IMG/VR virus record: IMGVR_UViG_3300034031_000001
Coordinates: 487 to 64,486 of that record
Direction: 5' to 3' (one strand)
Origin: a virus
Lineage: Duplodnaviria > Caudoviricetes
DNA length: 64,000 bases
In this document: one piece after another, positions 37,758 to 50,100 of the stretch
Position numbering within the stretch: position 1 is the first letter of the stretch
Layout: every line of letters begins with the position of its first letter
Notes under the pieces: model-generated
Database searches by the model: none
The model's input: the letters and a program-made list of their open reading frames with translations, nothing else
Told to the model about the DNA's origin: nothing
Translations under genes and position numbers: made by a program

Positions 37758-40700
37758 GAAGAAAACAACCCCTCCTACTAAGTCACCAGAGGAGTTAAAG
37801 AATGAAGCCTCTAAGAATGAGATACTTCAGTTCATGAAACTGCTTGAAAAAAGTGGTGTTGACCCTTATACTATGGTCAATCAGGAAACTATGAAGTTTA
37901 ACATAGCTGATAAGAGGAAGATTAGAGCAACCACTGGTAAACCTATGGAGGATAATAGGGATAAGAAGGAGGGTGACTATCACGTAGGGACTGTATACAA
38001 ACTTATTAAAGCTGCTAAATCTGCTGGTATTAACCCTTATACAGCTGTTGCTGTAGGTCTAGCTGAAACTAGATTGGGCTCTACAGATGAGAATGTGGGC
38101 CACGTAACAGGTGACCAATGGAAAGAGGGTGATTTAATGGATACCACTGTAGAGGAGGGTCTAGCAATAACTCTTAAGAAGAAGATGGAGTATGCTAAGA
38201 AACTAGGTTTCACCAGTCCTGAATTACAATTACAAGCCTATAATGGATTGGGTAAGGTGTTTCCTAGTACAGAAGCTGATTATCATGGTTATCAAATGAA
38301 GTCAATATATGGCGTACCTTTGGATAAGAATGGTATAGACATGAAGAAGAATCCCTTATATGGGAAAGAAGTGTTAGATTTACAGAACAATGTTATTAAA
38401 CAAAACCCTCTGATAAATGGTATGGTTAAGGCCATGTATTTAGATGAGAAAATACCAGAGTTCAGTGAAGGTGGTACTGTAAAAGATAAGAAGACATTCA
38501 TACCTAAAGGATATAAAGAAGCTAAGGGTAAGGCTCGTCCCCTAACTAAGGAGGAAGAGAAAGAAATTGAGGTAGAGAAGTTAAGGGAGAAGAAAGCTAA
38601 TGAGCAGAGACTAAATGCTGTAAATTTAAAGGCAGATAATACTACTCAGAATACTCGCAAGAGAGAGGAGATATCTGACTCTATCATAGAGAATATTGCA
38701 GAAATGATTGACCCCACTGGTATATTGTCTTATGATGATGTAAAGAGGGGTTGGGCTGATAATAAATTTACAAGTGACGATGTAAAGAATATGATAGGTG
38801 CATTACCTATGACAGGACTTCTTGGTAAGTTTGGAAGAGTCAGCACTGGTATTAAAAAGGCTGACAGGTCATTGAAGATGTTATCTATGCTCCCTGATGC
38901 ACTCAATGTGACAGAAGGATTAAGTGATATTATAGAAGATAATGGTCGGGAACTTAGTGAGGTATCTCTAGAGAAAACTATCAGTGGTCTCGATAAACAA
39001 TATGAAAAAGGATTTCAACAACTAGAACAATACGCTATGGGCGGTAAGATAAAAAAGAAATTACCTAAGTTTGATGTTGGTGGTATAGCAGGACTCGCTA
39101 GTAGATATACTAAGGAGCAACTTGCAAAGATGCATCCAGAACAACTGGAGATGTATAGTGCTATGCATAATGCTGGTGGTCAACTAGTTAGTAGAACTAT
39201 GGAGCCACTAACCCCAGAGGAACTACAACAAGATGGGTTATTAAAACCTAACTACAACTTTAGCAATGACTTCGTTGGTCAGGGTGCTAGTCCACAGGCT
39301 AATATGGATGATGTTATTATGACTGGTGGGCCTAACATTAAAGGTGAACCTGCTCCTCTAACTGCATCAGATGCTGCACTTACTAAAGATGAAGCATCTA
39401 AACCTAAGCAGGGTGGGTCTAATGCCAAGATAGGAATGAATATAAGCACTGCTCCTCTAATTGCTGGAGCTAATGCATTGGTTACTAACTTCGTATATAA
39501 CCCTCAGCTTAAACGCAGGGAAATGGAGATGATGCGTAATCAGATAGCTCCTATACAGAGTCCGGGTAACTTCAATGGTAACGACGATATGGAGATGTAT
39601 GCTAAGGGTGGTATGGTAGTATCATATGATGACCCTGAAGGTGTTATGTCACAACCTATACGTAGGCAGCCTACACAGATGAATCCTATATCTATGTATA
39701 AGACTAGTGGTAGGCCTGCACCAAGAATGCCACAACCTATACCAGTACCTCAGACTAGTGTTCCGGGTTCAATAGAATTCGAACAATTACTTGATGAGAA
39801 TGGTTCACCTGTAGGTTACAACCCAATATTCCACGGTAATTACAGCCCGTCTCAGATAAGAGATACACTACCTAATCTACCTAAGGAGTTTGGTGGAGTA
39901 CCTGTAGTTAGGTCATTCAATGAATATAGAGAAATGAATCAGTATCAACCTAAGACAAATAAGTGGACTCAACCTAGTGACCCTAGTTTGGTAATTAAGC
40001 CTATGAGAGGTAAGTCTGGAATGGTAGCATCATCATTTGCTAATGGAGGTGAGGTTGATGAACAGTTTGAAGTATCTCCCTTAACTGCCAATGCCGAAGT
40101 AGAGGGTGGAGAATTCATGCAAACTCCTCACGGACAGACTGACATGATTGATGGTAAGTCTCACGCTGAGGGTGGTGAACCTAGGAACTATCCTGATGGT
40201 ACACGTATCTTCTCTAAGAAACTTAAGGCTGATAAAGAAGTAGCCTCAACTATAATGGGTAAGAACATAACTAAGAAGATGCCTATATCTAAGCTTGCTG
40301 CCAAGTTTGACACTAAAAAGGAAGATGAGATATTAAAGAATACTACCTCTGATAAGATAGCTATGGATACAGCTAAACTTATGAAGGGACATAAGGAAGC
40401 TAAGCTTGACCAATTGTTCCAGTATCAGGAAGCTATGAAAGGGCCTGTTGTAGACCCTGAAATGATGGCCCAAGGGGGTAGTGTAGGTAATAAGATATTG
40501 AAGGGTGTTGGTAATGTTACTAGTCAATTAGGGGAGATGATGCCTGAGATGGTAGGTATGATTCAAGCTATGACAGATAGTCCTATATGGACACAAAAGT
40601 TCCAGCCTACTTATATGCCACAAGCTCCTCAGTTAAACATTGAGGGACAGCTTGCCAAGAACTATTCACAGGTTAAGCCTTTCCTAGATAGTAATTCTGG

Positions 40701-41202
40701 TAATGCCTCTGTTGATAGCGCACGTGCTTTACAGGCTCTTGCTAGTGTACAGGATGCTAACAATCAAGTATATCAGCAGAAGTATAATGTAGATACTAGG
40801 TCTAAGCAAATGGTTGACCAGAGCAATGTACAGATTAAGAATCAGGCTGACCTAGAGAATTATAAGAGAATGAGTGACTTTAGTGATAAGTCTAACATGC
40901 GTCAGTTCAATAAGGAGACTGCAATTAACCAAATTGCTCAGAGTACTTATGAGAAGTCTAAAGGTAAGCAACTTGAGCAAAGGTCTCAACAGTTGATTAA
41001 CCAGATGTATAATAACTATCAGTATGACCCTGAGACAGGTATGTCATTTATTCCGGGCCAAGGTGCAGCATTCAGAAGCTCTAGTAAATATATGACGGGT
41101 AATAATGGATTCGACCCTAATGATAATGCTCAAACTACATATACCGAAATAATTGATAGTAAGGGAAATAAGAAATATGTTAAGAGACTAAGAGAGTCCT
41201 AA
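37741..41202 (+). CDS. virion cargo protein with N-terminal lysozyme-like domain and repeated (F/Y/M)xxGG motifs
   Basis: ATG 37741; GINPYTAVAVGLAETRLG..QAYNG; AEVEGGE..GKSHAEGG; six aromatic/Met-x-x-GG motifs. Confidence 0.65.
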   Translation: MPQKLKKKTTPPTKSPEELKNEASKNEILQFMKLLEKSGVDPYTMVNQETMKFNIADKRKIRATTGKPMEDNRDKKEGDYHVGTVYKLIKAAKSAGINPYTAVAVGLAETRLGSTDENVGHVTGDQWKEGDLMDTTVEEGLAITLKKKMEYAKKLGFTSPELQLQAYNGLGKVFPSTEADYHGYQMKSIYGVPLDKNGIDMKKNPLYGKEVLDLQNNVIKQNPLINGMVKAMYLDEKIPEFSEGGTVKDKKTFIPKGYKEAKGKARPLTKEEEKEIEVEKLREKKANEQRLNAVNLKADNTTQNTRKREEISDSIIENIAEMIDPTGILSYDDVKRGWADNKFTSDDVKNMIGALPMTGLLGKFGRVSTGIKKADRSLKMLSMLPDALNVTEGLSDIIEDNGRELSEVSLEKTISGLDKQYEKGFQQLEQYAMGGKIKKKLPKFDVGGIAGLASRYTKEQLAKMHPEQLEMYSAMHNAGGQLVSRTMEPLTPEELQQDGLLKPNYNFSNDFVGQGASPQANMDDVIMTGGPNIKGEPAPLTASDAALTKDEASKPKQGGSNAKIGMNISTAPLIAGANALVTNFVYNPQLKRREMEMMRNQIAPIQSPGNFNGNDDMEMYAKGGMVVSYDDPEGVMSQPIRRQPTQMNPISMYKTSGRPAPRMPQPIPVPQTSVPGSIEFEQLLDENGSPVGYNPIFHGNYSPSQIRDTLPNLPKEFGGVPVVRSFNEYREMNQYQPKTNKWTQPSDPSLVIKPMRGKSGMVASSFANGGEVDEQFEVSPLTANAEVEGGEFMQTPHGQTDMIDGKSHAEGGEPRNYPDGTRIFSKKLKADKEVASTIMGKNITKKMPISKLAAKFDTKKEDEILKNTTSDKIAMDTAKLMKGHKEAKLDQLFQYQEAMKGPVVDPEMMAQGGSVGNKILKGVGNVTSQLGEMMPEMVGMIQAMTDSPIWTQKFQPTYMPQAPQLNIEGQLAKNYSQVKPFLDSNSGNASVDSARALQALASVQDANNQVYQQKYNVDTRSKQMVDQSNVQIKNQADLENYKRMSDFSDKSNMRQFNKETAINQIAQSTYEKSKGKQLEQRSQQLINQMYNNYQYDPETGMSFIPGQGAAFRSSSKYMTGNNGFDPNDNAQTTYTEIIDSKGNKKYVKRLRES

Positions 41203-41227
41203 TCTTTATAGATTAGGTTTCTTTTTT
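41198..41227 (+). terminator. intrinsic terminator, followed by -7 box TAATTTTG at 41244
   Basis: CCTAATCT-TTAT-AGATTAGG then TTTCTTTTTT. Confidence 0.6.
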
Positions 41228-41265
41228 GTATCACTTATTTTAGTAATTTTGCATAATAGACACAG

Positions 41266-44115
41266 ATGAGCACATACGCAGGTAATAGTTATCAGAAGGG
41301 GCACTTTGTATCAGGTATACCACTAGATTTAGTTATGCAGGTTGCAGGAGCTAAACAGGCTAAGTATGACAAGGCACAAGCTAACCTACAGTCTGAATTA
41401 GATAGACTGAGTAACTATCAGATAATCAAGGACTCAGACAAGGAAGTTATAGGTGGAAAGATGAATCAATTGGTTGACAGGATGAATAAATTCTCCGGTC
41501 AAGACCTTTCAGATAGTCGTGTCTATAACCAGTTGTTAGGTGAGACCAGCTCCTTTTATAACGATAAAGATGTATATAGTAGAATCTCCGCTAATGCTAA
41601 AGCAGTGGCAGCTACTAACAAATACCAAGAGACAGTGGAGAAACACCCTGAACTCTATAGTGCAGCCAATGAATGGAAGTTCCAGAAGGAATTACAAGAC
41701 TGGCAGAGTGACCCTAACAAGATAGATTTCAATGGGTCATATACTCCATATCATGACAGCAGTAAGAAATACCAGCCAGTAATTGATAAGATGATGGCGC
41801 ATCCTGATGTCAGATATGAGATTGAATGGTATACTAATCCTGAGACAGGAGAGACTATTAAGCGTGGTGAGCGTGAGGTTAAAGAATTGACTGCTAATAA
41901 GATTAAGCAAACATTAAAGGGATTAATGGACGGTAAGGACATGTCCCAAGCAATGATTGATTATGAATACAAGATGGCCAACACTAGTCTCGAAGATGCT
42001 CAAAAGGAGATACAGGATGATATGACTCTGATTGATAATCAAATAGCTGCACTAAAGGATAATGTAAATGCAGGTATTAGAGTTGATGAGAGTAGTGACT
42101 TGATTGACCAGTTTGAGCAAGATAGAGCCAAGTATGAGTTGAAGTATCAACAGGTAACTGCAAGCGGTGACCCTTCATCCTATTATACTAGGGACAAATA
42201 TATAGATGATAACCTTACAGCTTTTGCTAATGGTTATGCATTTAAAGATAGAGGTAAGCTGGAAGATGACTTCTTATTTACTGAAGAATACAAGTTTGGT
42301 AATGCTATGAAGCTTGCCAAGTTCAATAGTGATTTGAATGTAGATGAAGCTATAAGGAAGCAAAAGGCTGGTGTTGGTACTGGTAGTAAGACTACTAAGG
42401 CTGGTGCTCCAGTTGATGCTGAAGGTAAGCCTTTAGTAGCCAATCCATTTGAAGATGATATATGGAGCATATTTGAGAAAGGTGAGGGACAGATATCTAG
42501 TCCTGAAAGAATGGCTGCTACATATACCAACTCAGGTCAGGTTGACCCTCAGACAGGGACATTCATGATTAACCTGAGTAATATGAAAGTACACCTTGAC
42601 TTGAAACCATCACTTAACAGTGTTGGAATTCAAGAAAGTACTAAGCGTGCCACTGGATATAGAACACTACAATCAGCGTATGATAAGTGGACTACCACTA
42701 AGGAAGGTATGCAAGCAGCTGGCCCTAAGGTAGGTGCCACTGGTAGAGCAGGTTCCATGACTCAGCCTAGGTTTGAGAAGAAATCTGTAAATGACTTCTT
42801 AAGAAGTGAAGCTGGTAAACAAGTAGCTGCATCTATTAGAAAAGATTATGGGTTAGATGTTGCCAACAAGGAAGACATGGATAAGGTTCTCAAGTTCATG
42901 GAATCAGCTGATACTCAGACACTTACAGGCCTACTTGGTACTATGTTAGAGGAGAAGAAGATTTCAGGTAATGTCCGTGTTAAACCTGCTGGTGGAACAA
43001 ATGCTTATGTTGATAATGAGGGTAACCTAGTAACTAACGTTGTGGTTACTGCTACACATGATGAGTTTGCTAATATACTTGGTTCAGGTACATTCTTTGG
43101 TGCTAGTGGTGTGGACTTACTCATTAAGAAGGGTATAATTAATCCTACACTAGAATCCAATGCCAAAACTGATGATGAGGGTAAGCAACTATATGAGATG
43201 CCTATCATTACTAGAGTAACTAAGGATTTGGCAGTTGCCAATATGGACTACCTAGCAACTAAGGGTAATACATTCTTCCCTGAACATATGCCAGCATATG
43301 ACCAATCATTTAGACAACTATATGACGGTATACAGAAGACTAAGAGTATTGAGAAGAACCCCGAGAGGCTAGCTAAGATAACTACTGACAATGTCAGTAA
43401 GATTCTTAACGCTGTTAATCCTCCAGAAGATAAGAAGAAAGCAGTTATGGACTTGATTAAGTATCATGAAGGTGTTCTTAAGACTGGTGATAAGGCTGGT
43501 GTAATTGACTCTAGAAAGGCTTTATCAGAACTATCAACAGCAACATTAGCAGAACTACAAGAACTTATGAAAGGTAATCAAGCAGCACAGACTGATGGTG
43601 TAGTAAATGTATCTGCCCCTGCTAATTTACGTGGACAGATAAATGACTATATGCAGGAGAACTATCCTGCTGACCAGTTCCAGAAGGAGATACCTAATAT
43701 TAAGAAGGCCTTTACTGGCCCTGAAGTAGCAGGTAAGAAAGGTGCAGAAGTATATACAATGAGGAATCCTCAGAGTGGAGCTTATGGTAAGTATCAATTC
43801 TTACCTAGTACACTAAGAGGGTTATGGGAGAGTAAATATAAGTCTGAATATTCTACAGCAAGTGGATTCATTGACGCATTCAAGAAGACTCCTGCACTAC
43901 AGGAACAAGTAATGGATGAGTGGATTATGGATAGAGCTAAAGCTGTAGGTTATAATCCATATAAAGTTGCCTTAGCTCACTTCTTAGGTGATGAAGGGTT
44001 CAGAGAACTTGCTGCTGGTAAGAAGAGTTGGGAGTCCAACCCTACTGCTAGTAGAGGAATTAGAAACATGAGCCCTCTGGCTTATCTGAGAAGTTTCGAG
44101 GAAAATTACCAATAA
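41266..44115 (+). CDS. virion cargo protein with C-terminal lytic transglycosylase-like domain
   Basis: N-terminal KQAKYD helical region typical of the gene before vRNAP; C-terminal SGAYGKYQFLPST..PALQEQVM..LAHFLG. Confidence 0.7.
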   Translation: MSTYAGNSYQKGHFVSGIPLDLVMQVAGAKQAKYDKAQANLQSELDRLSNYQIIKDSDKEVIGGKMNQLVDRMNKFSGQDLSDSRVYNQLLGETSSFYNDKDVYSRISANAKAVAATNKYQETVEKHPELYSAANEWKFQKELQDWQSDPNKIDFNGSYTPYHDSSKKYQPVIDKMMAHPDVRYEIEWYTNPETGETIKRGEREVKELTANKIKQTLKGLMDGKDMSQAMIDYEYKMANTSLEDAQKEIQDDMTLIDNQIAALKDNVNAGIRVDESSDLIDQFEQDRAKYELKYQQVTASGDPSSYYTRDKYIDDNLTAFANGYAFKDRGKLEDDFLFTEEYKFGNAMKLAKFNSDLNVDEAIRKQKAGVGTGSKTTKAGAPVDAEGKPLVANPFEDDIWSIFEKGEGQISSPERMAATYTNSGQVDPQTGTFMINLSNMKVHLDLKPSLNSVGIQESTKRATGYRTLQSAYDKWTTTKEGMQAAGPKVGATGRAGSMTQPRFEKKSVNDFLRSEAGKQVAASIRKDYGLDVANKEDMDKVLKFMESADTQTLTGLLGTMLEEKKISGNVRVKPAGGTNAYVDNEGNLVTNVVVTATHDEFANILGSGTFFGASGVDLLIKKGIINPTLESNAKTDDEGKQLYEMPIITRVTKDLAVANMDYLATKGNTFFPEHMPAYDQSFRQLYDGIQKTKSIEKNPERLAKITTDNVSKILNAVNPPEDKKKAVMDLIKYHEGVLKTGDKAGVIDSRKALSELSTATLAELQELMKGNQAAQTDGVVNVSAPANLRGQINDYMQENYPADQFQKEIPNIKKAFTGPEVAGKKGAEVYTMRNPQSGAYGKYQFLPSTLRGLWESKYKSEYSTASGFIDAFKKTPALQEQVMDEWIMDRAKAVGYNPYKVALAHFLGDEGFRELAAGKKSWESNPTASRGIRNMSPLAYLRSFEENYQ

Positions 44116-44142
44116 GTAACTATCTTTACAAAAAGGAAATAA

Positions 44143-47100
44143 ATGGGAGATGCCCTTAAGAAATTAGCTGACATATTAGCTAGTAAGCAAGTTGAAAGTA
44201 CTGAACCAGTTATACCCACCCCAGTTGAAGGTGGGTATAATCCTAATTTGACTAATGACATTACAGATGTTATTATGCAAAAGTATGGGCCTAAGGTTCC
44301 CTACCGTGTGTCTACCGACCCCACAGTAGTTACTCCGGGTATGCCCAATCCAAAGTATAATACTACTGACATGTCTAGTATTAATGTGGATGATGAGGCA
44401 CTTAATAGTACATGGACTAATGCTTGGAATAACTTTAAGCAGGGTATTGATTCTATCCAGATTGCTACTGAGTTCGGTAAGATGAACTTAAATGGTGTGT
44501 TTGGTGATGCCCCATACAAGATACTTGACGAGTATGACAAGAATAAGGCTACACTTGATAACCTTAGAGATAAGGGTAAGCTGAGTGCTGAGCAATACAA
44601 TAGTCAGTTAGAGGAGTTAGATAAGAATAGAGAGAATGCTAGACGTAGTGTAGGTAAGAGTTTTGCTGACATACGTGCTAATGAGGTAGAGATTGCTAAT
44701 GAACCTGTAGCTAAGGACTATAAGATTAAGTCATATCTTACACAATTACAGGGTGACCAATCCTCATTGTCTGATAGGTTTGTCTATACAATGCCTCAGG
44801 TGTTAGGTAGCTCTATGTCACTTGTTGCTCCACAGATTGCAGCTACATTTGGTTCTAATATTACTAAGGCTGTAATTGAAACTGCTGCTGCATCTCTCTT
44901 TACTGAGGGTATAGCTACCGCCGTGGGTGTTATTGGTGCTATAGGTATGTCAGTTGCTGAGGTGGCTTATGGTAGATATCAAGAGTCTTATGGTGAAGTA
45001 GGTTCTACTATAATGGCTGCTCAGGAGAAAATGATGAATCAATACATGAGTGACAATGGTCTCTCATCAGTTGATGACATCCCCGAAGAAATTAAAAAGG
45101 AGATTCGCATACAATCTCGTAAGGGAGCTGATATGCAATTCAAGGAAAATATGGCTCTAGCTGCTGTGGATATTGCACAAGCTATCCTAATGCCTCTCTC
45201 CTCTTTGGGTGGAACAGTTTCCATGTTAGGTAAGACTACTCAAAAGGTAGCTGATGTGGCTGAGGCTGCACGTAACTATAACAAGATTACTCGCGTATTG
45301 AGTACTGTTGGTAAGTTCGGGGCTAATGCTATGGCTGAGAAGTTTGAGGAAGGCTTCCAATATGCTGCCGGTAAAAGAGCTGAAGATACTATTGATGGTA
45401 CAGGAGAGTTTGATAGTAAGGGTTTCATAGGTAATGTGTTTGCAGATGGTTATGATACTGCTGCCTCCCTTAACTACTCATTAATACCCGGTATTGACTT
45501 AAGAGGTTCTGGTAAGTACTCCCAAGATAAGGAGTTCCAGTTCTCTGAGAATAGTGGTGCTATGCTAGGTGCACTTATGGGTGCAGTTCCTACAGGTATC
45601 TCTCTATACAAAGATATTAAAGGTTACATAGACACTAAGAAAGCTGTATCTAATAATGGTCTTGAAGATGTTGAGGGTAGACTTAAGGGGCTCAAAGCTT
45701 CTATACTTAAGACTTACTTTGATAAAGACCAAGCACATCACCTTGAACAAGCTGTATTATCTCTTGTAGGTAAGAAGGATGAACAGGGTAATGAGATACT
45801 GAGTAAAGAGAATGCTACAGAGATTGTTCAGGATATGAGACAATCCTTTGTAATGTATAACTCCATTACTCGTAACATAGAAAGAAATATAGGTAAGGAT
45901 ACTAGGATGGGACTGAAGAGTAGCCCACAGTTACTTGCTGCTAAGGAGATGCTTAAAGAGGATGCTCTTAAGTTATCCATGAATATAGTTGCTAAGGAGA
46001 AGCTTCTTGCTAAGATAGGTTCTAGCAGGGAGGCCCAATTCCAGTCTGAATATAATGCTAAGAATCCTAGGTTCATTAGAGAGAATGAATACGGTGACAG
46101 AGTTAGTCAACTAGAAGCTATCAATGAGATGCTGGATGAACACTCTAATGACACCTCCTCTTCTCTTACACCTGAGGAGAAGCGTAGTCATATCCAATTC
46201 CTAAATGATGCCAAGAAAGGTATTGAGGAAGAGTTGGCTGAGATTAAGTCTGGTTTCGAGAGTTTGAAGTCAGCAGGCTCTGATATGAATAGCCTAGTTG
46301 AACCTTCTGCTGACTTAATAGAACTTGATAAGCAAATCTATGCTCAGACAATGTATGAGTTGGATGCTCGTGTGAAGTATGCTAAGCTCTCTAAGATTAA
46401 GACTAGAGAAGCATTAGATGCTTATGTTAATGAGGCTAAGTCTAAACCTATTGATAGGAACTCTCCTCTTAAGACTCAGATGAATACTCCTGAGCCTACA
46501 GAAGTTCCTGTACCTGAACCAGTTGAAGAGACTGAAGTTAAGGATAATGTATCTACAACTCCTACACAGACTCCTAAGTCTACTCAAACAGTTACAGGCG
46601 ACCCTGTAGATAATGTTGATAAGGGTGAGGGAGAGCTTGATAAAGAGTATGAACAGGCCTTAATGGAAGCTGGTCAAGAGGCTAAAGCTATTATAGAAAC
46701 TAAACAGGGAGCACCTGCATTCGAGGAATGGAGAGCTTTATACTTCCCTGACTATATAACTATACCTGATATTATAGGTCTGCTTAGGTTTATATTACCT
46801 AATGATGAAGACTTCATTAAGAATAATTTTGATGAAATACAAAGTTTAGTTAAAGCTAATGACCCATCCGTTGAAACATACGAGATGGATAAAGTTGATA
46901 TGTCATTATATCAACCAACTAATATACCTCCAACACAAGGTGATGCAGAGAATGTTGATAACCTTAACCAAGGTATCATTGACATGGTTGAGGAAATTGA
47001 GGATACTAAAGGTACTCCTCTCAAGATAACCTCCTCCCTTACTCTGGCTAATGCTAATGTTGCAGGCTATCTTAATCCATCTACTAACAGATGGTATAAT

Positions 47101-50100
47101 CAATTAGATGATAATGGTAAGATTATCTTTTCAGAGAATGACCACCAGCAACTAGTTAATACTAACTTGGTTAATGTAGGAGATACCATCTACTTTAAAC
47201 TGGAGGATGTTCCTGAGAACTTTAATCCTGCTGATACTTCATATGAAAACTACGATAAGCTAGTTATAGGTATGTATGCAAGAGTATCCGGTGACGGAGT
47301 TACTCAGAACTTACGTATTGGTGCTGTCCATGAGATTAAGTCTCTAGACAGATTATTATCTCAGTATGAAAATGCTGACCAGATTAACATTGAAGAAGAA
47401 AGGGAGAGACTCCAATCTATTAGGACTACAGTATTCAGTGGTGGTAAAGATGCCACATTTGAAACTACTGTGACTAAGAAAGGATTTGGTTATCTCAATA
47501 AGAACTCTCCACTATTACAAACTACCGTAGCTAATGCTATAGGTAAGGATACTAGACCTTTCATTACAGTACTTAACAAGGAGAAGGTTCCTTCCCTTGT
47601 AGATAGAGACATTACACCAAGGTACTCCACTTCAGATAAAATGAAGGCTGGAGCTACAATGATTATGCTCCCTAATGAAACTGCTGAGGGAACTGTCTAT
47701 ATGCCATTCTACCTTAAGAAAGGTAAGATAGGTGCTGACACTGCTATACTGGATAAGGTATATGATTCAATAGTAGCATTCCTAGGTAGTGCAGACTCTA
47801 GCCAATTAAACGTGGCAAGAGATTATGTCCACATATCCAGAAGTGACTCTGATAAGGCTGCATTAGGTAAGGGTGGTATCTTCGTGGGATATAAGGGTGA
47901 TAATACAGACATTTCTAAGGGCGTTCAACATAACGCTACAGTAATGGTTAACAACCAGATATTCGACGGTGGTAAGATTGAGGGACTGAGAGAGGCACTA
48001 GCAGAGACATATTTTACTGCAAGAGGTAGAAGACTCACTGACCCAACCTATCAGGCTGAGTTAATGAACTCTCCTATCTTAACAACTAATATTACACAGA
48101 ACACAGTACTTAGAGATAGGGCAGATGATTATACATTCCTTGAGCCCAATCAACAATACTCTTACTTTTCACAACACTCCATTTACTATGAGGGTATTAC
48201 CCAGTCATTAGAGAAGGTGGAGGCTAAGAGAACTACTAGGCGTACTCCTACACCTGAGGCTCCAGAGGTTGTTATTAATACTTCAGTTGAAGCTATTGAG
48301 GCTAAGAGACGTGAGGAACTAGAGGCTAATGGTCTATACAACAGATTATTTCCACTAAGCCTAGATGCATCAGATGCTGAATTTAAGGACATAGTAAGGT
48401 TAAAGGAGCTACAAGAAAACATCAATACTAAGTATGATGCTGAATTGGCTGCTTTGAATCCATCACGTTCCTCTGAATATAAGGATGAGGTTCACTTTAA
48501 CAAGAGAGAATTCTTTGTTATAGCTCCTGCCGCTGCTGTACGTTACGATAGTGAAACCTTCAATACTACTCAGAAGATACTTGAGTATGCTACTAGTGAG
48601 CGTGATAGAGAAGGTGCGGGTGAGTCTCGTAAGGCTGAGATGCAAGAGGTTATCGACCAGATTGAGAAGTATAGAAACTATGCTATCAGCAAGAATGACA
48701 TAGATGACTACGAGAAGAATATGAGTGAGCTTGCACAATCACCTGAGTATCAGGAATGGGAGGCTGCTCAACGTGAGGATAGTATTCGTCGTCAGATAGA
48801 GGAGGGCCCTGAGGAAGATGATACTCCTACTAAGAGTCAAGAAGACATTGACAGAGAGTTGAATGATAGTGGATGGGACTTTGGTGATGACATCAGTGAT
48901 GACTTACCACAGGAGAACCCCCTTGATATGGCTGCAATGGTTAGAGACCTGTTAGGCCTTGAAGTAGGTAAGAGATATACTGAGGAAGAGGTAAATGCTA
49001 TTAGAGCAGCATTAGCTGAACTTAATGCAGATACAGGTAAATTCCATACACTGATTACCGCTAGAGATAGTTCAGGTAGATATGCTGTACACATACACAT
49101 ACAAAGAGACTTCTTACTAGATGACCTAGAGGAGGGTAATATAAGCCCAGATATACCACTGTCTATACAAAGACAAATGGTTGAGAGTGTGGCATATATG
49201 TTACTCAACAATGAGCGTCCTGATAGTACTGACACTGAGAAGTTAAAGAATGAGGATAGGGTTCGCGCACACATACAGAAAGGTGTGGACGGGATGAGAG
49301 ACTGGATTAAACTTGAGTCTGCTAAACCTAACCTTACTCAAGAAGACCTTGAGCGTATAGATAATAGAAGGAGAATAATGTCTCTGAATCAACTCCTCTT
49401 AGATAACTATGATGGGGTAATAGCTGGTGCAAGAGGATTCCTTGAGAACCTTGGATTCACACTAGGTGAAGAAGATGACTACTATGAGAGATTAGAGGAG
49501 GTTATTGATGGTAATGACTTCCAAGAATTTGGTGATGAGGCTTCGCGTACTCGTAACCATACTGAGGACTTGAGCCCTGAGGTGAAGAAACTAATATACT
49601 TCATACCTCAATTAAGAGCTATCGACCCAGATAGTAAGGTTGACCAGAAGTGGTTGGAGCAACAGAAGAAGTTGAACCCTACTGCTGAACCTAAGAATTA
49701 TAGACAAGAGTCTAATGACTTAGGCCTCCCTTACTTTAATAACTTTAATGATACGTGGGAGAAAGTATTGTACGTAGTTTCTGGAGCACACTATCCACCA
49801 GATAAATCTGGATTTGATAAGATGGTGAATAGACTTCGCCAGAAGGATAACTTCTTTGTGGTAAGATACTTAGGAGACTTACTAGCTAAGAAGGAAACTT
49901 CTGAGCAGATTAAGCGTGCATTCTTTAGAAGGGCTAACTTACAGAATCAGAGGAATGTAACTATGTTATATAACCTGATAGATGTTAAGAAAACTCCTAC
50001 AGAAGAAGAGTTAGCACTTGACCCATTCTTGGATGCTAGACCCACATATATGGGTACTAAGAAGACTGCAAGTATTACTCAGGCTGATAGAAGACAAGCT

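Noticed and set aside
48289-48456. IEAKRREELE...INTKYDAELAAL segment in vRNAP as a novelty
   Set aside because: Resembles a linker repeat I recall from other large Bacteroidota-phage cargo proteins; single copy here with nothing further to support.
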